NCBI GenBank assembly: GCA_043228905.1
Contig: JBHGNT010000161.1
Span: 1 to 63,634 of the forward strand
Length of the DNA: 63,634 nucleotides
Source of the DNA: Azolla caroliniana
Taxonomy: Eukaryota; Plantae; Polypodiophyta
Direction: 5' to 3'
A model generated the notes under the pieces. The model ran no database searches. It saw nothing but the letters and a program-made list of their open reading frames with translations, and was not told the origin of the DNA. Below are positions 1 to 13,561 of the stretch, piece after piece. The position numbers were made by a program, and so were the translations under genes. Within the stretch, counting starts at the first letter, position 1. The number at the start of each line of letters is the position of its first letter.

Positions 1-1
1 A

Positions 2-547
2 AGACGAAGGACTTGTATGAGTGGGGAGATGACTGAGGCCTATCGTTGTGAATGCTTGTGGTGAGTGGTAATGGCGTGGTTCATTATTGGCAAAGTGTGG
101 GTTATGGAAAAGAACTTGAGGCCCCCCAAAGTTGGGATATGGTTTAAATGCTTGTTTAACCTCATTAGTTGTGGTGTTGTAGGTGAAAAAGAGGTTAGAT
201 GCTCGGTGACGAGGACATTGCACTTGTTTGGAGTTATTATTGGAGTAGTGGTTTGGGTTAGGGTGAGAGTTACGAAAAGGGTTAGTAGTATTTTTGGAAT
301 TAAAGTTAGTGTGTGGGTTAGACTTGGGCTTTGGGTTAGGGTTTAGGGTAAAGTTTAGATTCTTTTTGGGGTTGGGTGTGGGATTAGAATATTTATTTAG
401 GTTAATAGTATGGGGGACAAAATTTTTAGTGTTATTTATCTCGGCTTCTACGGGAGCAATGAATGAGGGACTGTCATAAAACATTTCATTATCAATTTCT
501 TCTTCCCCTTCATACATTGTAATGTCTATATCTCTAATATTAGGGTT
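2..547 (-). pseudogene. Asn/Pro-rich open frame of unknown origin, running off the window start (probable retroelement ORF remnant)
   Basis: Manual translation shows no stop from 547 to 2 (NPNIRDIDITMYEGEEEIDNEMFYDSPSF...NPNPKPKSNPH...). It appears to continue upstream, through one stop and a frameshift, into the 579..761 ORF. No recognisable domain. Confidence 0.35.
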
Positions 548-755
548 TTAATATCCATTTTGTTCTCTTGTTTTATCTCTAAGTTCCGGGGTTGTTTCTC
601 TTAAGTGTATCATCAATGTTGTGGTTTAGAGCGAAATAGTCACAGATTTTTAGGATTTTAGAGCCGAAATCTTGTAGTAACATATTAATCATTTCTTGAA
701 TATTAGCAGGCTCAACATATGATGACACATCCTCAAAATGTTGGGGTTCTTGAAA

Positions 756-1242
756 AGGCATTTAGTCTAGTGGTATGATTCTCGCTTCGGGCGCGAGAGG
801 TCTCGAAATCGATTCCCAAAATGCCCCTTACTTGATCCTCCAAAAAGTCTTCCCTTGTAAGGGCATTTGGTCTAGTGGTATGATTCTCGCTTCGGGTGCA
901 AGAGGTCTCGAGTTCGATTCTCGAAATGCCCCTTGTTCAATCCTCCAAAAAAATTTCTTTGTGGTATTTTGGCTAGTGGTATGATTCTTGCTTTAGGTGC
1001 AAGAGGCCTCGAGTTCTATTCTCGAAACGCCCCTTGTAATAGTACCCCTTCAATCCCCCCAAATATTCTTCCCTGTGAGGGTATTACTTGAAAGGGCATT
1101 TGGTCTGTTGATGTCGAGTTCGATTCTCGAAATGCCCTTGTTCAATCCTCCAAAATTTATTCTTTGGAAAGGGAATTTGTTCTAGTGGTATGATTCTCAC
1201 TCCGGGAGCAAGAGGTCTCGAGTTCGATTCTCGAAATGCCCC
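756..1242 (+). repeat. 5' segment of the tandem tRNA-Pro array (5 degenerate or partial copies)
   Basis: Copies of GGGCATTTRGTCTAGTGGTATGATTCTCGCTT(C/T)GGGTGCGAGAGGTCTCGAGTTCGATTCTCGAAATGCCCC at about 756, 861, 962, 1094 (partial) and 1171, each with mismatches. The spacer after 1242 resumes at 7559 and 14442. Confidence 0.9.
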
Positions 1243-1868
1243 TTGTAATAGTACCCCTTCAACTGTCCAAAAGTTCTTTGTAGAAGTTAATATGCGGAAG
1301 CTTATGACAAACCGGTTAAGCCGGATAGCAATAGAGAGAGTATAGGTTTAATGGAAACCTTACAAGACATAGATAGAGAGTGGGAGAGACAGAGAGAGAA
1401 GAATAGCATATAAACTATATTAAAAAACAATACTTTGTACATAGGATGTGCTAAGTGAGCACTCTTTATACAAGTCCACAAGGGACTGACAGAAGCACTA
1501 TGTACTTCATACAAGCGGCTGACACTAAGTACGAGGACTATGATTACCTAGTAGTCTAGAAGCGTAGACTTCTAAATGGCCTACTGGTACACATGTGGGT
1601 CTGGCTCCCGAATCCCGATCCGGCTCCTAGTTCCGGATACGATCCGGCTCTCGCTTATCTAGCCGATCTGGATCCGGTTGAGCTTGCTCGCTCAACACTC
1701 CCCCTCAAGCTTAACTTCAGGTCGGATCGTGGTGTTAGTGTCTGGGGCCACTGGTTCTTTCATCCGGCTCCTTCAGACGTCCTCCTGCCTCGCTTGCGCT
1801 CCTCGTCTGGTCCAGTTCCTCCTTCCGTGACCCGTCCGGTTTTGCGCTCCTCGACCTCCTCAGTTGGC

Positions 1869-4800
1869 TTATCTGCTCAACAGGCCCATCTCAGCTCCTT
1901 CCTTGCTGCAACTCCGGTGCCATCTTCGTTGCCCTCTAGTTCGCTTGGCCTTCAACAGATTTGGCTTTTCCGAATCAAGTTGTTGAACTGAATCGGTTGT
2001 CTCCGATTCATTCCAGCTCTTGTCTGAGTTGGTAGTCTCCAACTCGTCTTCCGTTTTCAGGCCCTTCACAACATCGGACCATGTCCAGGTCTTGGCCTTC
2101 TTCTTCCAGTCAACTCTTCTCTCTTGACTTTGTTGTCATCGTTGCTTTCTCCGACTTGTCTGTATGTGTCGACTCCTTCGGTCGACTCAGCTTCCTTTTT
2201 CTTTTTGTCTCCCCGTGTCTTGGTTCTCTCTTTCTCTCCGGCTCCTTGTTTGGTGGCATTACCTGTCTCCATTCTCCCCCTTATGTGTGACAGGTCGAGA
2301 TGCTGGAGACCGAGCATCTCCGAGAAGTGTTGTAACTTGTCTGATCCGAGCGGCTTGGTGAAGATGTCGGCAACCTGCTGATCTGTGTGAACATACTGAA
2401 GTTCAACTTCACTGCTTAGGACCCGCTCATGCACAAAGTGATAATGAACTTCTATGTGCTTTGTCCGAGCATGAAATATGGGGTTCTTAGTGAGTTGAAT
2501 GCTACTTACGTTGTCACAATAGAATCAAAATCAGGATCGGGGTCGATACCTCGATCTGGAGGTCTTGCAGTAGCCGCCGAAGCCATATAGCTTCACAGGT
2601 GGCAATGGTAGCGCCCCGATACTCAACTTCCGTGCTCGACAAAGCTACGGTTGGCTGCTTTTTGTTGCTCCATGCAACAACCGCGCTACCAAGAGAAAAC
2701 ATGTATCCGGAGGTGGACCGGCGGTCCGATGCATCACCAGCTTAGTCAGCATCTATATATCCGACTAGCTTTTTAGTTATATTGTGTCGGTATAACAAAC
2801 CCTTATCCTTACTGCCACTAACATACCGTAGTATCTGGTGTGCACTTTGAAGGTGCTCCACGGTCGGCTTCTGCATGAATTGGTTAATAACTCTGACCGG
2901 TTAAGTGATGTTGGGTCGGGTGATTGTTAAGTAGATAAGGCTTCTGACAATTTGTCAGAACCGTTTCTCGTTGCAGGGTGGTCCGGAGTTAGGACATAGC
3001 TTCAGGTTCCGATCTAGGGGTGTGGAGATCGGTCGGCAATCCGTCATGTCGAACTTGTACAACATACTCACCACATAATGTCTTTGTGAGAGCAATATGC
3101 CGTTAGGGGATGGATCACCTCGATCCCTAGAAAATAATGGAGATCCCCTAGGTCCTTCATTTCAAATGCATCCGACAACTAGGACTTCACTCGGCCAATT
3201 TCATCGAGCCTGTGTCCGATGATCACTAGATCATCTACGTATAGTAGGATACATATCAAGCCATCCAGACCTTTCCGGATGAATAGTGAAGAGTAAGATT
3301 TTGAGGTCACAAAACCCATCTTACGCAACCGGTGCGTGATTTTCGCATTCCAAGCTCAAGGGGCTTGCTTAAGACCGTAAAGCGACTTCTTGAGTTGGCA
3401 CACTACCGACTTGTTCATCACTGACTAAAATCTGAGGGGTTGGACCATGTACACCTATTCTTCAAGATCACCTTGAAGAAACACATTCTTCACATCCATC
3501 TAATGAAGATGCCACCCCCTTTCCGCAGTAACCGCCAACACCACACAGACCGTTGTCATCTTCGCTACCGGAGCGAAGATTTTGTCGTCGTAGTCAATTC
3601 CGTGGGTCTGCACGTATCCCTTTGCCACTAATCGGGCCTTGTACTCATTACTTCACCTTATATACTCACTTACAACTTATCAGTTTACCTTGTTAGGCAG
3701 GGTCAACCAGGTCCCATGTGTCGTTTGCATCTAGTGCCCGCATTTTTTCCTCCATTGCGACACGCCAATTTTCGTCTTTCGTTGCTTCTACGTAGCTCTC
3801 CGGCTCACGCACTGCCGCCACCTTCGTCATGTATGCATAGTGATGTGCCATGTACTCATTATATCCATACCTCTTGACGAGGTACTTCTGGCTGGTTGAT
3901 CTGCATAACTTCTTATTAGCCAATTTGAGGGCCCTCTTGGCTGACCGGGACTTCATTTCTGAAAGTCCGTCTTTGTTCTTTCCAGAGTCGGATTAGCTCT
4001 GATCTACCTCATCTCTGCCGGTGTCATACTCTAGAATCTTCTTCTTTCCCTTTTCCTTGCGTGTGAACTGTCTCCTTGGTTCTTAACACGGGGAGAGCAC
4101 GACTGAGTCTCTGTTGCTCACTGGCTCTTCATCAGACTGGTCATTCCGACTCAGTCGCTCATTTGGCCCACTCATCCGGAACGAGATCGGATTCTCATCT
4201 AGAGTGTTGAACCCTTCTTCATCTTTTGTCCGGACCGGTTCGGGCTTACTAGCCTCATCCTCTACTATCGGGTTGAAGTCGAAAATCAGAGTTGGTTGAG
4301 CGTACCATGATGCCAACTCATCAAATTCGACATCTCGGCTCACTCGAACTTGTTTTGTTCGAGGGTTATAACAATTATAACCCTTTTGTTCATATGAGTA
4401 GCCAACTAGGATGCACTTCTCCGACTTTGGGTGCAGGTTTCTCCGCTTCTCATCCGGTACATGCATATATGTTATGCTACCGAATATCTGAAGGTGCCTT
4501 AAATTCAGCTTCCACCCGAAATACAACTCGTGTGCTGACACTTTCTCCCTGATCCGGTTTTGGATGTTGACAACCGTCCTAACCGCCTCAGCCCAGTAGA
4601 ATTTGGGCATGTTTTTCTCTTCAAGCATTTCCCTTGTCGCGTTGATAATCGACCAGTTCTTCCTCTCAATCACACCGTTTTGTTTCGGTATGTACCTACA
4701 ACTAAATTCTCTCCAAATTCCTTACTACTTCAGATGACTGTTGAATTGGCCAGAAAAATATTCTTTTCCGCCATCTGACCGCCAGCACTTGATCTTCCTA

Positions 4801-6565
4801 TCCGTTTCTCATTTGACTAAACTTTGCAAGTTCTGGAAACAATTGAAAACTTCGCTTTTCTTCTTGATGAGGTAGATCCACGTATGTCGGTTGTAGTCAT
4901 CGATGAAGGAGAAGAAATATCCGCTCCCGCCAAGACTAACGTTTTGTGTTGATCCCCATACATTCGAATGTATTAGATCGAGCTTGTTATAGCTCTGGTT
5001 TCTTTCGGTGGGGAATGGAAGTTGTCGTTGCTTCCCAAGTTGGCACGCTTCACAAATTTGGGCCTTCTGACCACTAAATCTTAGCAATCCAAAAACAACT
5101 TGTTTCGATTGCAAGTCCTGAAGCCTCCGGTAGTTGACGTGGCCGATCCGCTTCTGTCAGAGATCGATGTCCTATTCGATCTTCTGTCCTTTTGCGAACA
5201 TAGTGGTGTCAACATCGTCGGTGTCGAGGATGAACATCCTCCCGTCCCTGCACCCTTGCGTGATTATTCGGCCTTCTTCCTCTATGAAGCACCCGAGGTG
5301 GGTGAACCGCACCTACATCCCCTGGTCAACGATCTGCCCAACCGACACCAAGTTCGTTGTGATTGTCGGAACATGTGGTACGTTCATCAACTTTCCCCTT
5401 TGTTTGACATGGCTTAAAGGGACTTCTCTGACATGCACAATCGGGTGCGGAGTGTCGTCTCCGGTTTCGACAACTCCCAGTTGTTTTGGCTTTTCCCGAA
5501 ACGAGAACCACTCTTCGTGGCTCGTCATGTGGTTAGACGCTCCGAAGTCAACATACCACACTTCCTTCGATTTGGAAGTGATCTTCTTCATTGAGTTCGC
5601 CTTATGTTTCATCACAAAGGTTGGCCCTTTTCCGATCTTACCGGTTCTGGATCCTTTTGATCCCTTAGTGTAGTGCGAGCTTTGCTAGTTCCCTTGTCCG
5701 GCCTTGCCGGATCCAGATTTATCTAAATCGGCACGCTTCTTCCAGCACTCACTCTCTCAATGGTGCTTCTTGCCACAATACCAGCATTCCGTGTCGGTTT
5801 TCCCTTGTCGGTTTCCTGTGCTGCCTTGACTCCCCCGGCTAGTGGAGGGTGCGGAGCTGCTGTCGGCACTATCTCTGTGCCTCTGATTCTCCTCTTGTCG
5901 ATTGCCTGCATTGCGTGCCGATCCACCTCGTCCTTCACGCCCATGGGGCCGAACTACCTCCCTGTACAACATCTAGTCCGATTGAATGGTCCTTGACCCA
6001 CTCGCGTGGTTTTCTTCGATCATGAGCATCGATTGCAGGTCAAAGAAGGATGGTGGTTTCTCCCAGGTGAGGATAGATTTGAGCCGTTCCTTTGAGCTAG
6101 AACACCAAGATAGATTTGCACCATTTCGTCCTTGTCTATCGTGACATCAATGGACCCTAATGTGTCGCAAACCTCCTCTATCTTCATGGTGTAGTCTGAA
6201 ACTGACATATCCTTTTGTCGGATATTGTTTAGTTCTTGCCGTAGTTGTAGCTTCCGGGCTGAGGTACTTGTGGCAAAAATCTTTTTTAGATTTTCCTAAG
6301 CATGGTTTAGCATCTTAGCATCTCTAATGTAGTCGATCATCTGGTCGTGCACGGAGGACGCAAGACAGTACAGAACTCTGCTTGCTCCTTGTTCCCATGC
6401 CTGGAACTCCTTTTGTGATGACTTCGGCGTTATTTCATTCACACCCTCAACATAATTCCAGTATCCATGTCTCAGCAGATACTGGTGCATCTTGTACAAC
6501 CAAGATGCATAATTGTGTCTATCAAGCTTCTCTGTCAGAAACGAACTTGTCATACCTTTGTTCAT
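1869..6565 (-). pseudogene. Copia-1 gag-pol, multiple stops and frameshifts
   Basis: ORF fragments with zinc knuckle CWYCGKKHH, protease WYVDFGAS, integrase CEACQLGK/FIDDY and RNase [24 protein letters not shown]. Confidence 0.92.
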
Positions 6566-6681
6566 CTTTCGTTCTTTACCGGATGTTAGGGTTTGTCTTC
6601 AGTAATCGCTCGTCGGTTGCGAAGTTTCTCAACCCTTGTACTCTGATACCATGTAGAAGTTAATATGCAAAAACATACGAC

Positions 6682-7123
6682 TGTTATGATATGGAAAGAC
6701 TCGAACCCATGACCTTATGTAACATGGGTCAAACTCTTGACCATTAGACTATAAGTTGTAATATAAGGAATATTATTTTCATTTAAGTTTTACTATAGAA
6801 AATTGATGTATATTCCAGATTTCTCTAGAACATTCTAGAAACTTCAGGAGTACTTCTGAGAACACTATAAAAGGAGGCACAATACATTATTTCAAACCAA
6901 ATCGGTTCAACGCCAGTCTTAAGCCTCCTAGCTACTATTGTATATTCTCTTAACATAATATATATCTTTTGTTATCATCATTCTCTCTCTCTCTCTCTCA
7001 CTCTTTCCTTCTCTCGAGAGTTCTACACCTCCCTTAGTACTAATCCTCATCATTTAGTACTAGTTCCTTCCCTGTCTTAGTATTGTTCCTGATAGTACTT
7101 CTCTTCCAGTACTGTTCCTGACA
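6682..7123 (+). mobile_element. Solo LTR (442 bp) inserted in the Copia-1 5' LTR
   Basis: TGTTA..TGACA ends. TSD ACGAC/ATGAC (one mismatch). Absent from the sister LTR at 1279-1697. A TATA-like CTATAAAAGG and a CT-tract suggest + orientation. Confidence 0.85.
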
Positions 7124-8049
7124 ATGACAAACCAGTTCAATCGGATAGCAATAGAGAGAGTACAGGTTTAATGGAAACCTTACAAGACACAGATTGAGAG
7201 TGAGAGAGATAGAGAGAGCAGAATAGCATAAACTATATTAAAAAATAATACTCTGTACATAGGATGTGCTCAATGAGCACTCTTTATACAAGTCCACAAG
7301 GGATTGACAAAAGCACTATGTACTTCAATGCAAATACAAGCAGTTGACACTAACTACGAGGACCATGACTACCTAGTAGTCTAGAAGCGTAGACCTCTAA
7401 ACGGCCTACCGGTACACACATGGGTCTAGCTCTCCGATCCGGCTCCCCAATCCCTATCCGGCTCCTGGTTCCGGATACTATCCAGACACCAATCCAGATA
7501 TGATCCGACTCAAGCTTATCCAGCCGATCCGAATGTGGTTGAGCTTGCTCGCTCAACATTCTTCCTTTTGAGGGGAAGGTGTAAAATAATACGATTGCAG
7601 AAGCCAAGACAAAACCAGCTCGTTCGGATAGCAAAAGAATACTGAAAAGAATGGCATGCGGAAGCAATATAGGAAAACCGAACAACAGAAAACGTAGGTT
7701 TAATGGAAAGCTTAGGTTTGCACAGTACGCACAGAAGAGATTGAGAGAAAGTAACTCAAGAACTTAAATTCGAACATAATACTCAATCTCTACATAGGAT
7801 GTGCTCAGTGAGCACTTTTATACAAGCCCTAACAATGGGCTGACACAAGTACTGGCAGTACTTGACTGCTCATAAATGAGCCTTGACACTTACTCCCAAA
7901 ACTATTCCTTACGAGGAATATCTTTCTAACGGCCTTTCGATCTACGCACCGATACGGCCTTTCTACTCACCGATCTGCGTACCAGTTTTATGCACCCAGT
8001 CTACGCACTGGTTATGCATCGTATTACGCACAAATGTTGAGCTTGTCTC

Positions 8050-11000
8050 TCAACACTCCCCCTCAAGCTCAACTTGATGTTCCGCCTGCTCTGCCGGACC
8101 TACGCTCCAGCTTCTCCTAGCTCCACGCCTCGCTCGCGCTCCTCGGCCTGTTCGACTCTGTGCACTTCGACCCTTCTGGTCGGCTTGTCTGCTCCCACGG
8201 CCCTTCACAGGTCCCTTGCTGTCGCGGTGTTGGCCCTTCTCCTGCTGCCTTCTTTTCCACTTGGCCCTCAGTTGATTCAGTGTATTTGAATCAAACATCC
8301 GAACTAACTCGGCTACCTCCGATCGGTTTTCGCTCTCATCCGAGTTGGCTGTCTCCAACTCGTCTCCGGTCTTCTCGCCCTTGACGACGTCATCTCCTCC
8401 ATGCCTGGTTGTCTTTGGCTCTTTCTTTCGGCTACTCCCCTTGTGTCCGCTTTCGGACTCTTCCGCAGATCCGCTCTCGGCTTCTTCAGCCGATCCGAGG
8501 TTTTTTTCACTCCTTTCCTGCTCCCTTTCATGGTTATCTGGGACGTTTCTCCCCCTCAAGTTCGGCACGTCGAGGTGACGCAACCCAAGCGCACCCGAAA
8601 ATTGCCCCAACTTGTCCAGACCAATAGACTTGGTGAAGATGTCGGCGGTCTGCCGATCCGTCGGAACATATTGAAGTTCGACTTCACCAGAAAGGACACG
8701 CTCACGGACAAAATGGTAGTGCACCTCAATGTGCTTGGTCCATGCGTGGAAGACGAGGTTCTTCGCGAGTTGGATGCTATTGAGGTTGTCGTAGTAGATC
8801 GTCGTTGGATCGGACACCTCCACCTGCAGATCCTTAAGTAGCCGCTTCAACCATATGGCTTCGCATGTTGTGACAGCCGCTCCTCTATACTCGGCTTCGG
8901 TACTCGACAATGCAACTGTCGGCTGCTTCTTGCTACTCCACGCTATCGCGACACTCCCAAGAGAGAACGCATATCCGGACGTGGATCGGTGATCGGCGAC
9001 ATTGCCGGCCCAGTCAGCATCGGTGTAGCCGACCAACTGCGGGGCTGTATTGGTCCGATATAGCAGTCCTCGGTCGTTAGTGCCGCTTACTTACCGCAAT
9101 ATGCGTTTCGCACACTGAAGGTGCTCCTCGGTAGGTCGCGCCATGAACTGACTGATCACCCTGACCGGATAACTGAGATCGGGTCGGGTGATTGTCAAGT
9201 AGATAAGGCTTCCGACAACTTGTCGAAACCTTGTCGGATCGCAAACCTTGCCGGAATTGGGGCGAACCTTGACAGTTCTATCTAGAGGAGTCGAGATGGA
9301 CTTACAGTCTGCCATCCCGAATTTGAAGAGCATATTCAGCGCGTAATGACGTTGGCTGATTAGTATGCCTTCGGGGGTGCGGATCACTTCGATCCCAAGG
9401 AAGTAATGAAGGTCCCCAAGATCCTTCATGTCGAATGATGCCGCAAGATGGAGCTTCACGCGGTTGATTTCACCTAGGTCGGCGCCGGTGATGACCAAGT
9501 CATCAACATAGAGTAAAATACTGACCGGCCCGAGGCGACCTTTCCGAATGAACAACGAGGAGTCCGATTTTGACGTCGCAAAGCCCATCCGACGTAGCCG
9601 ATGCGTGATTTTCGCATTCCAGGCACGCGGGGCTTGCTTCAGTCCGTAAAGGGATTTCTTCAATCGGCATACTGCCGACGTGTTCGTTCCGGAGTGAAAT
9701 CCGGGGGGTTGTACCATGTACACTTGGTCCTCAAGCTCACCTTGCAGGAATGCATTCTTTACATCCATCTGATGTAGGTGCCACCCCTTGGCCGCGGCTA
9801 CCGCGAGCAAAACACGGGCAGTCGTCATCTTTGCGACTGGCGCGAACGTCTCATCGTAGTCGATGTCGTGTTTCTGCGCGTAGCCTTTTGCCACTAACCG
9901 GGCCTTGTATCGGTTGACCGAGCCGTCGGTGTTGTACTTGACTTTGCACACCCACCTACATCCGATCGGCTTCACACCCTTCGGTGCGTCAACCAGGTCC
10001 CAAGTCTCGTTTTCCGCCAATGTGTGCATCTCTTCCTCCATCGCAGCGCGCCAATTCGCGTCCTGCGCCGCTTCTGCGTAGCTCTCCGGCTCACGCACGT
10101 CCGCTACATGGGTCATGTATGCATAGTGATGCGCCATGTACTCGTTGTATCCAAACCGCACAACTAGGTTCTTTTGGCGGGTAGATCGGCGTAATCGGTC
10201 ATTAGCCGATGTCGAGGTCTTCTCGGCTGATGCGGACTTCGTTTCTAAAGGCCCGTTGCCGCTTCCCTCAGAGTCGGACTCGCGTCGGTCTGACTCGTTC
10301 CTATCCGTGCCGGAATCCGACACCTTCTTCTTCCCTTTCTCTTTGCGTGTAAGCCGTCTCCTCGGCTTCCTACGAGGGGAATGCACGGCCGAGTCTCCAC
10401 TACTCGCCGGCTCTTCATCGGACTGGTCATACCGACTCAGTCATCCATTCAGTCCACTTAACGGAAACGAAATCGGACTCTCTTCGTGGGTCCCGATTTC
10501 CGGCTCAGCCGGAGGCACCTCGGCCTCACTGTTCTCATCGTCAGAACTCGGATTGGAGGTGAGGTCCGGTGTCAGAGGCAAGTACCATGACGCGGACTCA
10601 TCAAACACAACGTCGCGGCTCACGCGCAGTTGTTTGGTACTCGGGTTATAGCACTTATAACCCTTCTGCTCATCCGAATAGCCAACCAAGATACATTTCT
10701 CGGCTTTTGTGTCCAACTTCCTCCTTTTCTCCTTCGGCACATGCACATACGCAATGCTACCGAAAACTCGTAAGTGTCGCAAGTTCGACTTTGTTCCAAA
10801 GCATAGCTCGTGCGCCGACACTTTTTCTCCGATCCGGTTCTGGATGTATACCGCGGTTCTTACCGCCTCGGCCCAATAGAACTTAGGCAAGCTCTTCTCC
10901 TCCAGCATTGCGCGTGCAGCTTCCACAACCGACCGATTTTTCCTCTCGGCCACGCCGTTTTGCTCCGGCGTGTATCTACAACTGAATTCGCGCTGAATTC

Positions 11001-13561
11001 CCATCTATTGTAGATAACCGTTGAATTGACCAAAAAAGTATTCTTTTCCGCCATCCGACCGGAGGCACTTGATCTTTCTTCCTGTTTCCATTTCCACGAA
11101 CCCTTTGAGGTCCCGGAAACAGTCGAAGACTTCGCTTTTCCTCTCAATGAGGTAGATCCACGTGTGCTGCGTGTAGTCGTCGATGAAGGAGACAAAATAT
11201 CGGCTCCTGCCAAGACTAACATTTTGTGCCGACTCCCACACATCAGAGTGTATCAAGTCTAGCTTGTTCCGGCTCCGGTTACGCTCGTTTGGGAAAGGAA
11301 GTCGGTGTTGCTCCCCAAGCTGGCAGGCTTCACAAATTTGTGCCTTCTGGCCACTAAATTTGGGCAATCCAAACACCACTTGTTTCGATTGCAGGTCTTG
11401 AAGCCGCTGGTAGTTGATGTGGCCTATCCGTTTGTGCCATAAGTCGATGTCCGACTCAACTTTTTGTCCCTTCGCGAACATTGTGGTGCCACCGTCAGTA
11501 GAGTCGAGTATAAACATCCTCCCATCTCTGACGGGAACTCAAGGCTCCTTATGCACAACGCTCGGCCACAACCGAGCTTAGGATCATACACAAAAAACGG
11601 GAAACAAATGCACGCGACACAAAGGAGAGAAAAGGATACACAGAATGTTTACGTGGAAAACCCAAACTAAGGGAAAAACCACGGCACCCCACAGGCTGCA
11701 AACTATCACTATGTTGGAATGTACAAACAATGAGTTCACGGAGGCAACGACCTCGTGCTTACGATCTTCGCCACAGGCGGCGGTTACAACAGAGGCAGTG
11801 ACCTCTTTCTCTCTCTCTCTCTGTGTACACTGTTACGCGCTCTCTCTTCTTCTTGCACCAACAAAGAAAAAAAATGACAACGAACTACAACTACCAACAA
11901 TAACTAAAAGTTTGCCCTAAGTCATATTTATACTAATATGACTTTTCGGCTATTTACAAATATAGCCTCGATGGACTCTTAGAAACATATTTACGAATAT
12001 GTCTCTACATCCAGTTCTCACCGAGTCTGCACCATCCGGTTCTCCGTAGCCGGGTACTCCTCATCCGGTCTTCACCGGGTCTGTATCATCCGGCTCTCCG
12101 TAGCCGGGTACTCCTCATCCGGTTCATACCGGGTCTACACCATCCGGCTCTCCGTAGCCGGGTACTCCTCTCCGCAGCTTGTTCATCGGGACTGTTCTTC
12201 TCCCTTCCCATCCGGAGGGACTTGTCTCCCAACAATCTTTGCGCCCTTGCGCAATAATACAGCCTTCTTCCTCAATGAAGCACCCAAGATGCGTAAACCG
12301 AACCTGCATCCCCTGGTCGACGATCTGCCCGACCGACACCAAATTCTTCGTGATGGTCGGGACGTGTAACACGTTCATAAGTTTCCCTTTCTACCCGACA
12401 TGGCTCAAGGGAACTTCACCGATATTCGTGATCGGATGTGGAGTGTCATCTCCAGTTGCAACTACTCCTGGTTCTGTCGGTTTTCTGAAGGTATGAGAAC
12501 CACTCCTTCTGGCATGTCATGTGGTTTGACGCGCCGGAGTCGACATACCACACCTCGTCTGATTTCGGGGCGGACTGCTTCATTGAGTTTGCTTCGTGTC
12601 TCGTCACGAAGACTGACCCTTTTCCGGCTTTTCCGGATCCTTCGGCGTAGTGTGATCGCTGCCGATTTCCTTTGTCAATATGTCCGGAACCAGATCCTGA
12701 ACCAGACCTCTCCAACTCGACGCGCTTCTTCCAGCACTCCCTCTCCCTGTGGCCTTTCTTGCCATAGTACCAGCATTCCGCGGCGGATTTCCCTTTCTGG
12801 TTCTCGTCGCCTCGACTCCCCCTGTTTCCGGAGGGTCCGGAATTGTTGTCAACATCACATCGGTGCCTTCTTCCTTGATCCCGTCGGCCGCCTCCATTGC
12901 GTACTGACTCGCCTCGTCCGCCACGACCACAGGGCCTTTCTCCCTCCGTGTACAACATCTTGCTGTCGGTGTGCGTGCTCGTCAACGCACCCGCGTGGTT
13001 CTCCTCTACCAAGAGCACCGACTGTAAGTCGAAAAAGGACGGCGTATTCTCCCGGGTACACACTGCAGTTCGGAACGCCCCAAACTTCGACGCCAAACCC
13101 CCGAGATAGACTTGGACCATCTCGCTTTCCTCGATGTTCACATCAATGGAAGCTAAGGAGTCGCATATGTCCTTAATCTTCGAGGTATAGTCAGCCACCG
13201 ACAAATCGCGTTGTCGTAGGTTGCTCAACTCCTGTCGAAGCTGAAGCTTCCTGGCTGTGGTGATCGCGGTGAAAGTCTTCTTCAGATTTTCCCATGCACC
13301 CTTCGGCGTTTTTGCATCCCGAACGTAGCTTAGCAGTTGTTCACCCACACAAGACGCGAAGCAGTATAGCACTCTGCTCGCCGATTGTTCCCACGCCGGA
13401 AAGTCTTTGTGTGTCGAATCGGGTGCTGTGTCATTTGCTCCATCGACATAGCTCCAGTAACCGTGTCCGAGCAGGTACTGGTGCATCTTGTAGGACCAAG
13501 ATGCGTAGTTGGTTCTGTCGAGCTTCTTCGTTGGAAGCGAGCTAGCCATTCCTCTGTCCAT
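8050..13561 (-). pseudogene. Copia-2 gag-pol, broken by a few stops and a solo-LTR insertion
   Basis: Gag and PR 12446..13561 (YVDSGAS), INT 10441..11517, RT 9091..10386 (LYVDD), RNase H plus extension 8050..9036. Confidence 0.94.
11529..12234. mobile_element. Solo LTR (706 bp) inserted in Copia-2 pol
   Basis: TG..CA ends and TSD ATCTC/ATCTT. Interrupts the GRKDG|MFILD coding stretch. Contains TTTACGTGGAAAACCC and three tandem repeats of about 50 bp (12021-12171). Confidence 0.87.

Larger units (their letters stand above)
1279..7558 (-). mobile_element. Ty1/Copia LTR retrotransposon (Copia-1), degenerate
   Basis: LTRs 1279-1697 and 6652-7558 (the second is interrupted), both TG..CA. TSD TTCTT at 1274-1278 and 7559-7563. 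PBS TGGTATCAGAG (minus strand, 6641-6651) and PPT AGGGGGAG next to 1698. Gag-PR-INT-RT-RH fragments in Copia order. Confidence 0.95.

Noticed and set aside
250-400. TTAGGG/TTTAGGG motifs as interstitial telomere
   Set aside because: Only scattered single units, explained by Asn-Pro codons of the minus-strand frame.
12400-13176. 258-aa plus-strand ORF and many similar antisense ORFs within the Copia elements
   Set aside because: Shadow frames of GC-rich gag-pol with no motifs, not conserved between related copies.
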